Positions 29,869 through 40,000 of a DNA stretch of 64,000 nt are shown piece after piece. The stretch lies in IMG/VR virus record IMGVR_UViG_3300031555_003155; one strand, written 5' to 3'. The position numbers and the translations under genes were made by a program. How positions within the stretch are numbered: position 1 is the stretch's first letter; each line of letters starts with the position of its first letter. This DNA is from a virus. Taxonomy: Duplodnaviria > Caudoviricetes. The notes below the pieces were generated by a model. It did not search any database. It saw only the letters and a program-made list of their open reading frames with translations, and was not told where the DNA came from.

Positions 29869-32562
29869 ATGGATAAAAATTATTCAAGTATATATAGAAT
29901 AAAAGATTTTGCAGTCAATGAAATTGCACCAAAATACTTCAATATGGAACAAGTTAACGATTTAAATATCGGTCTTTTGGGTTACACTACAGAATTAGTA
30001 TCCAATTTAACTGAAGATAACTTTAATACTGTAACAACGTATATGAATGAAATGTTTCCAAACCTTGCAGTATTACCCGAAAGCATATATAGTTATGCAT
30101 CATTATTCCAAACCGATGGTTCATTTGCAACATCATCAGAATTGGATATGATGATATTTTTAGCAGAAGACGATATTATTAGACATGCTACACCTGTTGG
30201 CGGTTCTCAAACATCAAATGATAAATCGTTTGAATTCTTTTTAGATTCCAATATGATTATTGATGTTGAAGGTATACAATTTATGCCAGATTATGATATA
30301 CGAATATCGTTTATGCCACATCAGAATGATTACATATTTACGGCAGCGTATAATATGAGCAGATATGGAACATCTTTCGATAATACCATAAGCAATATAA
30401 CTAATCCATATATACGAATAAAACGAATATATTATAATAAAGTAAAATATTTAATAATGCTTATAAAAACACATCAAGTTAATAGATTTATTCAGACAGA
30501 AAATGTTTTGAGTAATGATATAATTAACACACCAACATTTAATATCGAATTTGATAATCAATTAGCATCATTTGAGATATTCTATAAAGACTCATCGACT
30601 GGTAGAACAACTCAGTTGATAAAAAGATTAGCTGGAACAACTGCATTAAAAGAACCATTCTGTTATTATAAAATAATAGATGAGAATAGACTAGAAATAT
30701 CATTCTCTAATAGAGATAATTATTTCCAACCAAAATTTAATTCAGAATTATATATTGAATATTATATGACTTCCGGCGAAGATGGTAACTTCCCGTTGTA
30801 TAATGGCACAAATATAACTGTTATTCCATCTTCAGACACATATGTATATAATAACAATATAGTGGTATTTGCAATACCTCAATCTGCGAGCGTTAATGGA
30901 AAAAATAGATTAACTTTGGAAGAATTACGGCGAATAGTTATAGAGAAATATTCAACAGTAGATTCATATACAGATGAAAATGATCTTCAAATGTATTTTT
31001 CAAGTTTTAAAGAACTATCCAATACTGATATATTATTTATTAAAAAACGGGATGACATATTTGAACGATTATTTACAGCATTTAGTTTATTTAAAAACTC
31101 TAATGATGATATATTTCATACAAATACACTCAATATGAAATTATTACCAGGGTTAATAAATAATGATGACACTAAAGGGAGTTTTGACATAGAAATTGCT
31201 CAAAATGGAATATATATATTAAAGCCCGGACATATGTTTGAGTATGCTGATGGAATGTATGATACAATTTTGCCTATAAATCAGATGCTACCAAACGCTA
31301 TAGAAAAATTACCAGATAAACCATTTTTATATACTAACCCATTTTTGATTTACTTCTCAAAATCACCAGCAGTAGTTGGATACTATCTCAATACAGTAAA
31401 TAATAATTATATTGTAGACTATGAAGAAGTTAATAATACATCATTCGTTCAATTTATATGCAATTCATTAACAGTTCAACGTAATGCCATACATGGTGAA
31501 AATACATATAAAATAACTATAATGGTTACACCAACAACAGAACTGACTGATATGAATCCGATTGTTGTTATGGATGAAGATGGTAACTACACAGAAGAAA
31601 ATGTAAATTTAAAAGTTAGATTAGCTGTAACTGAAGATTCTTTATCCACACCAACTTGTTATATCGATTTAAAGTTAACTAATGTGAATTTAACAGATAA
31701 TATATACACATATACTGGAGAAATAGAAACCAATGATGTGATTATGATTGGAAATGGTAATAAACTAGGTGTTACAAATATGAAGGAATGGGATAGTGGT
31801 GATGACAATCCGAATTTAAATATTCCTATGACAGACTGTAAAGTATTAATATATACTCAATATAGATATTCAGATGATACAGAGTTTATAACTACTAACA
31901 CATACTCAACAAATACAAATAGAGTTACTTTTGTATATCCTATAAGTATGATTAGGAGTAGATCGTCATATATAAATACCGGAGATGCATCCGAAGATTA
32001 TGAAATATTAATAAAATCAGTACCATTAGTAAGAGCGTCTACTATGATAGACCCCGTTCTATCGACAGAATTTTACTCAGCATTAACCCAACAGTATAAT
32101 TATGTATATAACGTACTAGGCAGAGTTACTAATAACTATTCTGTAGATATGAAATTTTATAACACATATGGTAAATCGAAAAACTTTAGAATTGGAGATA
32201 ATGCTGAAGACTTATTGGATAAAGTTAATATTAGTCTCAAAATTAAAGTGAGACCGATATTCGGCACATCTGAAGAAGAATTTATACGTGATTTAAAAAT
32301 CTATATAAAAAATTATATAGAAAGTATAAATGATAGCGGAACTAACTCAATATATATTTCCAACTTAATACAATCATTAGAAAATGATTTCCCGAATTTA
32401 AGTTATATGAAATTCGTAGGAATTAACGATAATGGTTCTGATATGCAGGTTATTGAAAATACAACAGTAGATTTAACTACTTTAACTAAGGAAGAACGAA
32501 TAGATTATGTGCCAGAATATTTAACAATATCTCTGGAAGACATCAAAATCGATATTATATGA
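29869..32562 (+). CDS. Baseplate wedge protein (gp6/baseplate J-like)
   Basis: NEMFPNLAVLPESIYSYA, SGEDGN, LTLEELR...YTDENDL, IYISNLIQSLE. Confidence 0.7.
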   Translation: MDKNYSSIYRIKDFAVNEIAPKYFNMEQVNDLNIGLLGYTTELVSNLTEDNFNTVTTYMNEMFPNLAVLPESIYSYASLFQTDGSFATSSELDMMIFLAEDDIIRHATPVGGSQTSNDKSFEFFLDSNMIIDVEGIQFMPDYDIRISFMPHQNDYIFTAAYNMSRYGTSFDNTISNITNPYIRIKRIYYNKVKYLIMLIKTHQVNRFIQTENVLSNDIINTPTFNIEFDNQLASFEIFYKDSSTGRTTQLIKRLAGTTALKEPFCYYKIIDENRLEISFSNRDNYFQPKFNSELYIEYYMTSGEDGNFPLYNGTNITVIPSSDTYVYNNNIVVFAIPQSASVNGKNRLTLEELRRIVIEKYSTVDSYTDENDLQMYFSSFKELSNTDILFIKKRDDIFERLFTAFSLFKNSNDDIFHTNTLNMKLLPGLINNDDTKGSFDIEIAQNGIYILKPGHMFEYADGMYDTILPINQMLPNAIEKLPDKPFLYTNPFLIYFSKSPAVVGYYLNTVNNNYIVDYEEVNNTSFVQFICNSLTVQRNAIHGENTYKITIMVTPTTELTDMNPIVVMDEDGNYTEENVNLKVRLAVTEDSLSTPTCYIDLKLTNVNLTDNIYTYTGEIETNDVIMIGNGNKLGVTNMKEWDSGDDNPNLNIPMTDCKVLIYTQYRYSDDTEFITTNTYSTNTNRVTFVYPISMIRSRSSYINTGDASEDYEILIKSVPLVRASTMIDPVLSTEFYSALTQQYNYVYNVLGRVTNNYSVDMKFYNTYGKSKNFRIGDNAEDLLDKVNISLKIKVRPIFGTSEEEFIRDLKIYIKNYIESINDSGTNSIYISNLIQSLENDFPNLSYMKFVGINDNGSDMQVIENTTVDLTTLTKEERIDYVPEYLTISLEDIKIDII

Positions 32563-32563
32563 A

Positions 32564-32575
32564 AACAATTATTTA
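32564..32575 (+). promoter_or_regulatory. Late-type promoter motif AACA-N6-TA
   Basis: AACAATTATTTA upstream of 32601. Confidence 0.6.
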
Positions 32576-32600
32576 AAAATATAATGAAGGAGTTGAAATA

Positions 32601-33794
32601 ATGATGGATAATATATTTAGCAATGCTAGTCTTGTAGTAGAATCGAGCGGATTTACTATGAAGTCAAGCAATCCATTAAGTGTAGCTTCAGATTCTGCAT
32701 TAGCTAACGAGAAATTGCGTGAAATGAAAATCGCTGCTGAAAATGCAAGGATTCAGGATAGAATAGATGCCATTGGAGCAGACTATGACAAACAACAAGT
32801 TATCGAACAAGTTGTTAGCAAATCTGTATTAGAAGCCCAATTACCAAATAAAATAAATGGGATTTCTGTACAAGGTAAAACTATTTTATTTAAAGAAATA
32901 TTATTTGAAGTGTTTTATAATGCATTACTTATGGATGATTATTTCTTACAAGAAAATGTCAATACAATCCGTACATTAACAGATAAATATGTTGATGATA
33001 ATAAAGGATTTGCATTATTAGAAAATGCTATAGCTCAATCTAAATCTAATTTATTGAAAAAAATTAAAAGCATTTGTGAAGGTACTGCAAATAAAGTATG
33101 TGACCGTAAAATTAAAGAATTTCATGAATGCAATGACCCTAATTGCTTATCATTCAATATGATTCCAGAAGAACAAGAAGAATTTGATTATGCAAAAGGT
33201 GAAATAAATATTGATAAAATTTCTGATCTTGTTAAAAATAAAGTTCTCACAGTAGTTAAGGATGAAAAAACAAGACAGGAAGAAGAGAGTAAAGTTATTG
33301 AAGAGATTGAAGAAGACTTAAAAGAAAATGAGAATGTTAAAGATGAAAAATCTCTTAACGAAGCTTTAGAAAAAATCATTATCAATAAAAGTCCTGTTCA
33401 AGATTCTACATTATTCAATGCATTATTTAAAAATTGCTATAAAGAAGCAATACTTGAAAATGTAGCAATAACTTCAACAGACCAGCAGAAAGTTGAAGAT
33501 GACCGAGCATTCTCGGCAACATATAAAATAAATGCAACTGAAGATGATATCAATAGCGATAACTTAGATAATAATACACATAACATAGAAGAAGATGATA
33601 TAGATGATAATATAGCTCTTGAAGGTATGTATGAAAAATCATCTTTATCCAAAAAAGAGTCATCTATAAATATGGATATGGTTTTGACTGAAGCTATTAC
33701 AAAATATACATTAATGGAAACACTATATACATTGAAGCTTGAAAATTACACATATAATAATATAGCTAAACTTGCAAGAAAATTAGTAAATTAA
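32601..33794 (+). CDS. Acidic helical virion/scaffold-like protein
   Basis: Many x-x-E motifs (VVES, VLEA, LNEA, ILEN, ALEG, LTEA). Confidence 0.55.
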   Translation: MMDNIFSNASLVVESSGFTMKSSNPLSVASDSALANEKLREMKIAAENARIQDRIDAIGADYDKQQVIEQVVSKSVLEAQLPNKINGISVQGKTILFKEILFEVFYNALLMDDYFLQENVNTIRTLTDKYVDDNKGFALLENAIAQSKSNLLKKIKSICEGTANKVCDRKIKEFHECNDPNCLSFNMIPEEQEEFDYAKGEINIDKISDLVKNKVLTVVKDEKTRQEEESKVIEEIEEDLKENENVKDEKSLNEALEKIIINKSPVQDSTLFNALFKNCYKEAILENVAITSTDQQKVEDDRAFSATYKINATEDDINSDNLDNNTHNIEEDDIDDNIALEGMYEKSSLSKKESSINMDMVLTEAITKYTLMETLYTLKLENYTYNNIAKLARKLVN

Positions 33795-33799
33795 AAAAT

Positions 33800-33836
33800 A
33801 ATCGGAGATATACAGAATAAACTGTATATCTCCGAT
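33800..33836. terminator. Bidirectional terminator
   Basis: aatcggagatatacag / ctgtatatctccgatt. Confidence 0.75.
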
Positions 33837-33840
33837 TTAA

Positions 33841-34191
33841 TTATCTTTTTCGTATTATTTGAAAAGATTCATTATTACCATCATTATCTAAATCAATTTT
33901 AACTACTTTAAATAAAAAAGTTTTACTAATATCGCATAATTTTTCTGGTATAGATAATTCTAAATGATGCTCGATACAGTTATTGATAATTGTATTACCA
34001 GTATTAGTATCATTAAATTGCATATTTATACTATCATCAGTCTTAGATATAGAACTACATTGATTTTTTAAATCATTATAAATATCTAAAAATATTTTAT
34101 CTATAACCCCATCGTGTTTATTAATATATTTAATAATTTCCTTTATCTTATTTGAAAGTTTTTCGTCATCAATAACATCATTAATTAACAT
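33841..34191 (-). CDS. Hypothetical protein
   Basis: GAGGGTGA RBS; TACA-N6-TA variant at 34217-34228. Confidence 0.65.
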   Translation of the reverse strand: MLINDVIDDEKLSNKIKEIIKYINKHDGVIDKIFLDIYNDLKNQCSSISKTDDSINMQFNDTNTGNTIINNCIEHHLELSIPEKLCDISKTFLFKVVKIDLDNDGNNESFQIIRKR

Positions 34192-34245
34192 CAGCTTTCA
34201 CCCTCTCTAAGTTTTCTATATAATTGTAGTCAGAGTATTAACTTT

Positions 34246-34872
34246 TCACTTTTCATACACAGACCACCCTTTAACCTTACGTTCATTATATTTAGAATCA
34301 AATTCATTTAGATATTTTATACGTATCTCGATTCTAGGTTTTACTGAATAATGTTTCTCTACAATTCCTTTATATATTAATGAGTCATCTAATATTAAAT
34401 GTTTCTGAACCATATCAGAATATGTTTTTCCTAAATTATCCCAATCAGGCTTCGATATATTGGTTATTAAAGATAACTCTGCTAATAATTTATCGTTCTT
34501 GCTCATTTGATCTGGTATAGGTGCGAATGTTTTGCACTCAAACTCGCACGGCGTTATTATTTTAAAATTAATATCTGAGCATGAATCTATAAACTGTCCA
34601 AATATATCATTATAATTTAGAGCGTTTTTCACATAGAATACTTTTGAAAATCTAGAATATCGAGGTCTAGGTGTTGCTTGTGGAGTAAAATAAAAAATAA
34701 AAGTTATTTCTTTTTTCTTTATAGATAATATTCTTTTAATTGATTTTTTTAATTTAGATACATCATTATCTTTTAATTTTAATGATTGTATTAAATATAA
34801 AAATCTTTCATTAAATGATTTAGGAATACTGCCATATTTATTTTCATATTCTGTTATTTTTTTATTCGACAA
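34246..34872 (-). CDS. rusA: RusA-family Holliday junction resolvase
   Basis: PQATPRPR, KPDWDNLGK, ILDDS, KHYSVKPRIEI; TTG start. Confidence 0.85.
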   Translation of the reverse strand: MSNKKITEYENKYGSIPKSFNERFLYLIQSLKLKDNDVSKLKKSIKRILSIKKKEITFIFYFTPQATPRPRYSRFSKVFYVKNALNYNDIFGQFIDSCSDINFKIITPCEFECKTFAPIPDQMSKNDKLLAELSLITNISKPDWDNLGKTYSDMVQKHLILDDSLIYKGIVEKHYSVKPRIEIRIKYLNEFDSKYNERKVKGWSVYEK

Positions 34873-34892
34873 TTAATACACCACCGTAACTT

Positions 34893-36713
34893 TTATAATT
34901 TAAATAATGGCGTAATTTTATTACGCACACTTTGTAATAAATCTTGATAGTAACTGCTTGGTATATCGAAAATAGAACTTAAATATGTTGAAATGACTGA
35001 TTGTATTTTTAAAGCTAAATTTGGTGCTGTAATATCTACACCACATGTTACTGCAAGGAAATCAATTAAACCTTGGTTATTAAAAAATAAACTTGGTTTA
35101 GAAGCTTTAGTCATCATAAGATTAGAATATAAATCCTTAACTGATATTTTAACTGTAGCTTCATTTGGTAAACCATGCACATTCCACGCATCTCCACTAC
35201 TTCCTCCTTTTTCAATCGATATACTTTCAACTACACCCAATTCGCAGGAAAACCAACCTTTTGAAAATACTTTAACAAGGAATGGTGAAGTAAAACTATT
35301 TGCTGAAGTTTGTCGTGGTAACGCCAATGCTAATACATGCATCATTGGCATTATTACATTTAAGTATATAGATTCTAAATCACCATATGGCGAAATGAAA
35401 TGCATAGTAAAATCATACGATTTACGATATTCTGAGTCTCCCCATATTTCAGGCATAATAACATTTGAGCCTGTTATAGTTTGATTAGCTAAACCTAATA
35501 ATCTTGATATATTAGATGTTGAATCTGATGCATCTCCACCTAATTTTTGTCTTGCTGTATTGATAGCTCCACCAACCGATTCTGCAATTCCTGTACCAGC
35601 TCCACCGCTTAAGAACTGAACTTCTCTGACTAATGGTTCTAAACTTTCAAACATTCCGGCGATCTGTGATGTTGCAGTATTGTTACTCGCGGATTCACTA
35701 AATGATGCACTTGGATCAACATAACATTTTAAATATCTGTAATCACCGAATATATCTTCATCCATAACTTCAGTGACTGCAGCTTTTACTTTATCCCAAA
35801 CACCTTTTGTTTCAACTTGAGTTGAATTGTTGTAATTTACATATCTAGACCAGTCATAATTTTTATACGGAGTATCGGTTCCAGGCACATTTAAATCACC
35901 TATACCTATATATGTAGCACATACACGACATAACATGTTAACATATCGCATATATTCTTCATAGTTTGGTATAAAATCAAAATATCTTCCTTCTTCATTA
36001 CGTATTTTAGCTAATGCATCTTCACCTATTTCTTGATCATTGTATCTAGATTTGATGTATTCTTCCATAACTTCTTTATTTTTTTTATCAAAATCTGGCA
36101 TATAACTAGGAATTCCTGGGATAAAATATACTAATGGAGCTTCGGCGATTATATTTTCCATATATTTTCTACCAATAGGAATTTCTTCAAATGGACGATA
36201 ATCTGCTGATGGTAGAAATTGAAACGGAGAACCTATTATACGAGTTCCTGTTTTAATAGCATCCAGTCCAGCATTATTTTCTAACATAGCTGTGATTTCA
36301 GAATCTAGTCCAGGACTTAGTCTAGATGTTGCAACATCATCAGCATTTACATTAACATTCTGTTGTTGTGTATTGGTTTGCGTTTCTGCAGAATTCCATC
36401 CTATACTGGATAAAAAATTTACAGATTTACTTGGATTTCCTACATACATATACACTTTATTTTCAGCAGGAACATTAGCAAATGGTTCATAATTTCTATG
36501 GTCTATTAAACGAAAATGACTACCACTACCATCGGACGAATCTATATAGAAAGTTGCATTAGGACAGTGTTTTCTCATTAATATACCTTGATTAGTACTT
36601 CCTGCTGGTATAGGAGAACTCGATGTAGGTTGTGACCTACAATATGCTCCAGTATTTTCACCATTTATTGTATTAAACACGCATTTTACTTTTACCATGA
36701 TTTTTTCACCCAC
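34893..36713 (-). CDS. Tail tube initiator / baseplate tube cap (gp48/gp54-like) with SH3b-like N-terminus
   Basis: YDFTMHFISPYG, PFLVKV, GVVESISIEKG, GLPNEATVKISVKDL; just downstream of tape measure gene. Confidence 0.6.
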   Translation of the reverse strand: MGEKIMVKVKCVFNTINGENTGAYCRSQPTSSSPIPAGSTNQGILMRKHCPNATFYIDSSDGSGSHFRLIDHRNYEPFANVPAENKVYMYVGNPSKSVNFLSSIGWNSAETQTNTQQQNVNVNADDVATSRLSPGLDSEITAMLENNAGLDAIKTGTRIIGSPFQFLPSADYRPFEEIPIGRKYMENIIAEAPLVYFIPGIPSYMPDFDKKNKEVMEEYIKSRYNDQEIGEDALAKIRNEEGRYFDFIPNYEEYMRYVNMLCRVCATYIGIGDLNVPGTDTPYKNYDWSRYVNYNNSTQVETKGVWDKVKAAVTEVMDEDIFGDYRYLKCYVDPSASFSESASNNTATSQIAGMFESLEPLVREVQFLSGGAGTGIAESVGGAINTARQKLGGDASDSTSNISRLLGLANQTITGSNVIMPEIWGDSEYRKSYDFTMHFISPYGDLESIYLNVIMPMMHVLALALPRQTSANSFTSPFLVKVFSKGWFSCELGVVESISIEKGGSSGDAWNVHGLPNEATVKISVKDLYSNLMMTKASKPSLFFNNQGLIDFLAVTCGVDITAPNLALKIQSVISTYLSSIFDIPSSYYQDLLQSVRNKITPLFKL

Positions 36714-36946
36714 ATTCTTTGACCTTTTTGTTTATATTTAATGGCTGTAATCTTTTTAATTTTATTTGTTTCTGTATTATGCATTGGAATTTTTATAAAA
36801 AAATCATCGCCCAATACTTCTTTAACTAAATTATTCATAAATATCTTAGTATTTTCAGAATCTACAATATTATCATCAACTTCATCAAAATATATAGTTA
36901 TCTCTGATGGTTTATGTCTTTTCATGAGTTTAAATAAATTTAACAT
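36692..36946 (-). CDS. Small hypothetical protein
   Basis: GAGGAGG RBS; late motif at 36990-37001. Confidence 0.65.
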   Translation of the reverse strand: MLNLFKLMKRHKPSEITIYFDEVDDNIVDSENTKIFMNNLVKEVLGDDFFIKIPMHNTETNKIKKITAIKYKQKGQRMWVKKSW

Positions 36947-37015
36947 ATTTTATCCTCCTCATAAATTATATCATGTAGAAATGTCTACTTATTAATTTGT
37001 TTTTATGCAATTAAA

Positions 37016-37056
37016 AATAGATACCTATTGGCAATAAAACCCCAATAGGTATCTAT
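37016..37056 (-). terminator. Intrinsic terminator after tape measure gene
   Basis: aatagatacctattgg / ccaataggtatctatt. Confidence 0.75.
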
Positions 37057-37063
37057 TATTTTG

Positions 37064-40000
37064 TTAATTAAGACCTTGAGCTATTAATTTAGCCGTTCTA
37101 TAATTTGATTGTGATAATTCATTTCGTCTTTCATTAGCTATCTGAAACATAGGATTTTGATTCCCGTTAGTATTTGTTACATTATTATTTGTTGAAACTA
37201 CTGTAGTATTATTATTAGATACTACTGTTTTAACTTTTTCTGTTAAGTTCTTAATACCGTCCGTTGTTCTTCCTGTATTTTCTGCAATAGCTGTCAATAT
37301 TTCAATTATCTTATCCCACAATACTTGCGGAATTGATGGTTTTTGCATGCTTCTAATTTCTTGGTCGCTGAGTTGCTTGTATACACCTGTATTAGCAAAC
37401 AATTCCTTCTGCTTAGCTGTTAATGGAATTTCTACACCACCATATGCTAACGGTTTTGCATTACCAACACTCAATAGAGCGTTTCTTTCTCTAGTGTTAT
37501 GACGATTTCGAACACCATCCTTAACATCTCTACTACTACGACTAAAATAACTATCTACTGTTTTAGATTTATAATCTTGTACAGCATTAACTAATTCGCC
37601 TGCAGACATATTATTTGGTTTTTTGCCAGCTAATGCTTTGTTAATAATGTTACTATTCATACCATATTGAATTGCAGTAGACCATGTCATTTCCTGTGCA
37701 GCTCTACTATGTTTATCAGGATTAAATGTATTTCGTATTTTATTAAGCATAGGTTTATAATAATAATCTTTCATATATTCCCATTCATTAGAAGAGAATT
37801 GTTCCGGATTTGCATTTGCTTCTTTCAACCAAGCTTCTTTAAATGCTGAGTTTGCTCCAGGAATTATTCCTTGATGTTTTGATCCATAATATTTATTCCA
37901 GAATTTGCCTAGCATACCTTTAGAAGCGTCAGCATTACCAAATGATGCAAATTGATATGTTCCAAATGACATTCCACCATGGTCACCTACACCACCGCTA
38001 ATTGCGCTTGGTCCAGAACCACCACTTTCAAATTGTTTTACATAATCACCAATTTTATCTCCACCAACAATCGGAGCCTGTGCTCCACCAGGAACATCAT
38101 CACCATCTTGCTGTTGAGGCGTTCCGCTTGTTCCTAATGCTTTATTTATAATATCATTAAACGGAGTTGTTATTTCTGCAAATACATCAGTAAGTGGTTG
38201 CATTAATGATGTTTGATATTGATTCATGGCTTCTGTAATTGCAGCAAATCCTGTTGAAGGACCATTTCCAGGCGTTCCGCCATCAGAACCTGGTGTAGTT
38301 ATGTCATCACTAATATATCCTTTTAAATAATCTGTTGGGTTAATGTGATTTGATGTATAGCCGCTATTAAAGCTCGTTCCAACACCATAGTGTAAATGAG
38401 AGCCTGTACTACGACCTGTATGTCCTTGTATACCCAATGTTGTTCCTTCTGATACTTTATCTCCTTTAGCCACATTAACACCGTTAAGATGTGCATAAAC
38501 ATGGTATTTTCCTGAGTCGTCTTTTACTACAACATAGTTACCATATCCACCACCATCGGAAGCATTAGCAGTGTCTGGAGCATGACCACTATGAACGTGT
38601 TCGACAACACCATCTGTGAAACTATATATAGGAGAATTATTACCTTTAACTAAGTCTATGCCTGCATGCATTCCGGAACCTCTAGGTCCAAATGGACTGG
38701 TTACCGTATATTGTGCTAAAAGTTCATCAACACCACCAATAGCTGTTCCATATTTATCATAGAATGTGCCTTTTACTTTTTTAGTTAATGAATTTGGTCG
38801 CTTTGATATAGGTTCCTCAACGCCACCTTTTCCATCTTTTTTATCATCATCTGTATCTTTTGCAGCATCAAATGCAGCTTCTCCTAATTTAGACAACCAA
38901 TCTGGTAATTTAATTTTATCTACAAGCTTCTTTAATCCTGATGATAGTTTGTTAAATATTGCGAATACTGATTGGAATAATTTACTTATAGTAAATGATG
39001 CACTCCATATATGTTTTATAGGGTCACCGTCTTTAAGATTTAACTTAGCTGACCATATTTTCTTTAAATTGCCATCTTTAGCATAATCGGATAACTTATC
39101 CTGTTTAGAATCAAGTTCATCTTTGTTTGAACTAAACGCGCTTGCGATATCTTCAAATTTTTCTTTAATCTTACTACCTACCCACATAACCGCTGCAGCC
39201 GGAGTATGAGTAATTTTTGCTACAGTTAATACACCTTTCATGAATCCACCAACAGGGTTTCCTTCATTATCTTGCATATCAGCTTTCCATAAATTAGATA
39301 TATCGCCTTTTATTGCATGTCTGGATATAGTTCCAATGTTGTCTTTTAATGTACCAAATGACTGTACTACAAGATCTTTCATTTGTACAAATTTTTCTTT
39401 TACTTTATGTCCAGCCCACATAATTGATGCAGGCACAACATTTGTAAATTTGTTAATTGTGAATATTGCTTTGGTAAATCCATTTGCTGGACTATCTTCA
39501 TTATCTTGCATATCCATAGCTAATAATCCTGATACGTCACCTTTTTTAATATAATCAAACATAGTCTTACTATTATCTGATAATATCCCGTATTGGTTCT
39601 TAACAGAATCTACCATAGATAAGAATTTTTCCTTAATCTTTTTACCTGCCCAGAATAAAGATGCAGGTACAACATTTGTAAATTTATTAATTGTGAATAT
39701 TGCTTTGGTAAATCCATTTGCTGGGCTATCTTCATTGTCTTGCATATCCATAGATAATAATCCCGATACGTCACCAGTTCTAACGTGCTGATACATCGCT
39801 TGACTATTAGTTGATAATATCCCGTATTGGTTCTTAACAGAATCTACCATCTTCATAAATAAACCTTTAGCCTTACCACCAAGCCAGAATAATGACGCAG
39901 GAATGACATTTACAAATTTATTGATACCGAATATTGCTTTAGTGAAGCCGTTTGCAGGATTTTCTTCATTGTCTTGCATATCCATAGCTAATAATCCTGA

